A stretch of DNA of 15,161 bases, from the NCBI GenBank assembly GCA_047616325.1, contig JBLHGN010000065.1, forward strand, positions 1 through 15,161, in the 5' to 3' direction. Positions within the stretch are counted from its first letter, which is position 1. Each line of letters begins with the position of its first letter. This DNA is from Lentisphaeria bacterium (GTDB lineage Bacteria; Pseudomonadota; Gammaproteobacteria; Pseudomonadales; Cellvibrionaceae). The notes beneath the pieces were generated by a model. The model made no database searches. It was not told the origin of the DNA and saw nothing but the letters and a program-made list of their open reading frames with translations. A program made the position numbers and the translations under genes. This document shows, piece by piece, positions 13,363 through 15,161 of the stretch.

Positions 13363-15161
13363 ATGTCGGAAAAAATAGAGAATAATTCGGAAATGTTGGT
13401 CGGTCAAGCAGTAGCAGAGGGCGGTGCGTACGAAGTTATAAAGCGACGCCTCACCGAGCAGGGTAATCGCTTAATTGATCGCGTTGATATTCTAAATAAG
13501 GCGCGCCTGAGTGAGTTTGGAACCTCAGACATGGCGGTCGCCGCGCGCACGAGAGTGCGTACAGAAAACAATTGTATCGCGCGTGACATTGTCCAAGTGG
13601 GCGACTGCCTGTTATTTGGCTACAACGTATTTATAGGCTTAAAAAAAGAAACCTTAGTAAACGATGTTTTTGCGGTGTTTAGTTTGGATCACAGCGGTGA
13701 TCAGTATGAGATGCAGAAAATAAAAACAGAGGATACTTTTTTAGGTGACGAGAGATTTGCCAAGGACTTTCACGAACTCTATCACTACTACAAGCAGACC
13801 CGACTGCAAGAAATTTCAGTAAAAGACGGCAAGCTTTTAATGGGTTTCCAAATAGGCGAACGCTTAGAGGCGGTACGCGTATTTCGCTGGTCGATTTCAG
13901 CTGACGGCACCAAAGTTGAATACATCGACAATCGCGGTGAGCGCGATATTCAGCTACCGCCAGCCTATGATTTTGAGTGGCAGCAATGCACGCGCGAAGA
14001 CGTGGTTCACGGGCGCCACGCCCACGTTAATATTCTAGATACAGTTTTTATCGAGACCATAGCGGGTGACCTGACGCTTAAGGTAGAAAATAACACCGAC
14101 GAAGGTGAGGGAATATACCGCGAAGAGGTTGACAGCAAGACGCAGTCTATTGACGACGCTGAATTTTGGTTCGCAAAACTTGGCGATTTGATTTTATTAA
14201 AAGTATTGCCCTATCAAGAAGAAATATGGCGATACCTTGTTTTTAATACTCTTACACAAAAGGTTAATCGTATCGACGCCATTGGCGCTTCCTGCGTGCA
14301 ATTGCCAGAAGACCACGGCATTGTTTTTCCCGGTGGTTATTACCTGCAGTCGGGTGAGTATAAAACTTACGACGACGAAACCGAAGGCTTAAAATTTAAG
14401 CGAATGATTCGCTCCCCCAATGGAGAAGATGTTCTCTATGTGTTTTACGAGCCGGTCAACGGGCTTTTTGCTTTGCTGGCTTATAATATGATCAACAAGG
14501 CTTTGCTGAACCCCATCGTAGGCCACGGTTACGCTCTAGCAGGCGACGGCACCTTAGTGATTTTTTCTGCTGAGGGGGAACCCACTCGTATACACCCTAT
14601 GCAAATCTGGAATACTCCCTACGTCAGTGATGAGTTCGCCAGCAAACAGCCGGAGAGCCAAACATTTTTTGGTCGGATCGGTAACGCGCCATTGGTAAGA
14701 GGTATTTCCGATCTATACAGCGTTGGCCGCGTTGCGCTAAACCAATCTGTTTCGGCGCGTGTGTACGAAGAGCTTAGCAAAGCAGCTCTAAAGATTTTCG
14801 ACGATCATTTTTGGGTTTTGGATAACCAGCTCAACGAAGTATTGGCGGTAGAGGGCGAGTCGAATAATACAGGCGATGAAAATACCCTTGAGCGATTGCT
14901 ACGGGGCGTTTCCGATACGGCAGAGTTGGCTATAGACGAATTCGAAAAAGTTGAAAGCATCAGCCAGCAATCTGCTTTTGCACTAAAAGACGCTATGGCG
15001 GCGCAAAATAGTTTAGTCAGTTTGGTCACCACATCATCCTGGGAAACCGTAGAAGAATATGTTGGTGCGCTGGATGACATTCGCAAACAGCGCGGCCACG
15101 TGGCTACTATAAAAGATTATCGTTATATCGACGTAGACAAGTTGAAGCAAATGGATGAGAA
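13363..15161 (+). CDS. Large conserved-looking hypothetical protein of at least 599 aa, with no stop before the window end; no motif I recognise
   Basis: My own translation from ATG 13363 runs without a stop codon to position 15161 (MSEKIENNSEMLVGQAVAEGGAYEVIKRRLTEQGNRLIDRVDILNKARLSEFG...DIRKQRGHVATIKDYRYIDVDKLKQMDE). The RBS is AAGGTG 4 nt upstream. It has mixed alpha/beta character and no P-loop in the part visible. It is absent from the ORF track, presumably because it has no in-window stop. Confidence 0.7.
   Translation, partial: MSEKIENNSEMLVGQAVAEGGAYEVIKRRLTEQGNRLIDRVDILNKARLSEFGTSDMAVAARTRVRTENNCIARDIVQVGDCLLFGYNVFIGLKKETLVNDVFAVFSLDHSGDQYEMQKIKTEDTFLGDERFAKDFHELYHYYKQTRLQEISVKDGKLLMGFQIGERLEAVRVFRWSISADGTKVEYIDNRGERDIQLPPAYDFEWQQCTREDVVHGRHAHVNILDTVFIETIAGDLTLKVENNTDEGEGIYREEVDSKTQSIDDAEFWFAKLGDLILLKVLPYQEEIWRYLVFNTLTQKVNRIDAIGASCVQLPEDHGIVFPGGYYLQSGEYKTYDDETEGLKFKRMIRSPNGEDVLYVFYEPVNGLFALLAYNMINKALLNPIVGHGYALAGDGTLVIFSAEGEPTRIHPMQIWNTPYVSDEFASKQPESQTFFGRIGNAPLVRGISDLYSVGRVALNQSVSARVYEELSKAALKIFDDHFWVLDNQLNEVLAVEGESNNTGDENTLERLLRGVSDTAELAIDEFEKVESISQQSAFALKDAMAAQNSLVSLVTTSSWETVEEYVGALDDIRKQRGHVATIKDYRYIDVDKLKQMDE

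Noticed and set aside
13404-15086. Minus-strand ORFs 13404..13589 and 14805..15086
   Set aside because: They are antisense to the long plus-strand ORF, which has an RBS and about 600 uninterrupted codons.

Overview
The window appears to come from a moderate-GC gammaproteobacterial-type genome and falls into two parts. The left ~5.3 kb is AT-rich accessory material. It holds an AAA+ ATPase of the COG1373/DUF4143 type on the minus strand, an ~850-bp repeat-laden non-coding stretch, and an orphan HEPN-like ORF. It also holds two decayed IS fragments: an N-terminally truncated ISL3-family transposase with two in-frame nonsense codons, abutted by the C-terminal half of a frameshifted IS1182/IS5-superfamily transposase. 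A further ~950 bp of AT-rich non-coding DNA carries a 25-bp perfect palindrome and a near-consensus sigma-54 promoter. The right ~10 kb is a co-directional plus-strand block. It begins with a self-contained chemosensory-like phosphorelay: a membrane CheA-like kinase with its own periplasmic PilJ/NarX-like sensor but no CheW-like P5 domain, then a CheY-like receiver, then a CheX-like phosphatase. A 440-bp spacer follows, carrying a C13 homopolymer and three phased TTACATGTAA palindromes. Then comes an operon that joins what are separate loci in E. coli. In order it encodes an RHH-like N-terminus in frame with a YjfI/DUF2170-like domain, a PspA/IM30 protein (YjfJ-like), an NfeD-like membrane protein (YqiJ-like), an SPFH/flotillin (YqiK-like), a small glycine-zipper protein, and a large ORF of at least 599 codons with no motif I can recognise that runs off the window end. 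I regard this PspA (ESCRT-III-like) plus SPFH plus unknown-large-protein operon, with its possible RHH autoregulator and adjacent dedicated sensor module, as the best candidate for an undescribed multi-component membrane-associated system. All calls are from reading the sequence and the ORF translations; no database searches were run.
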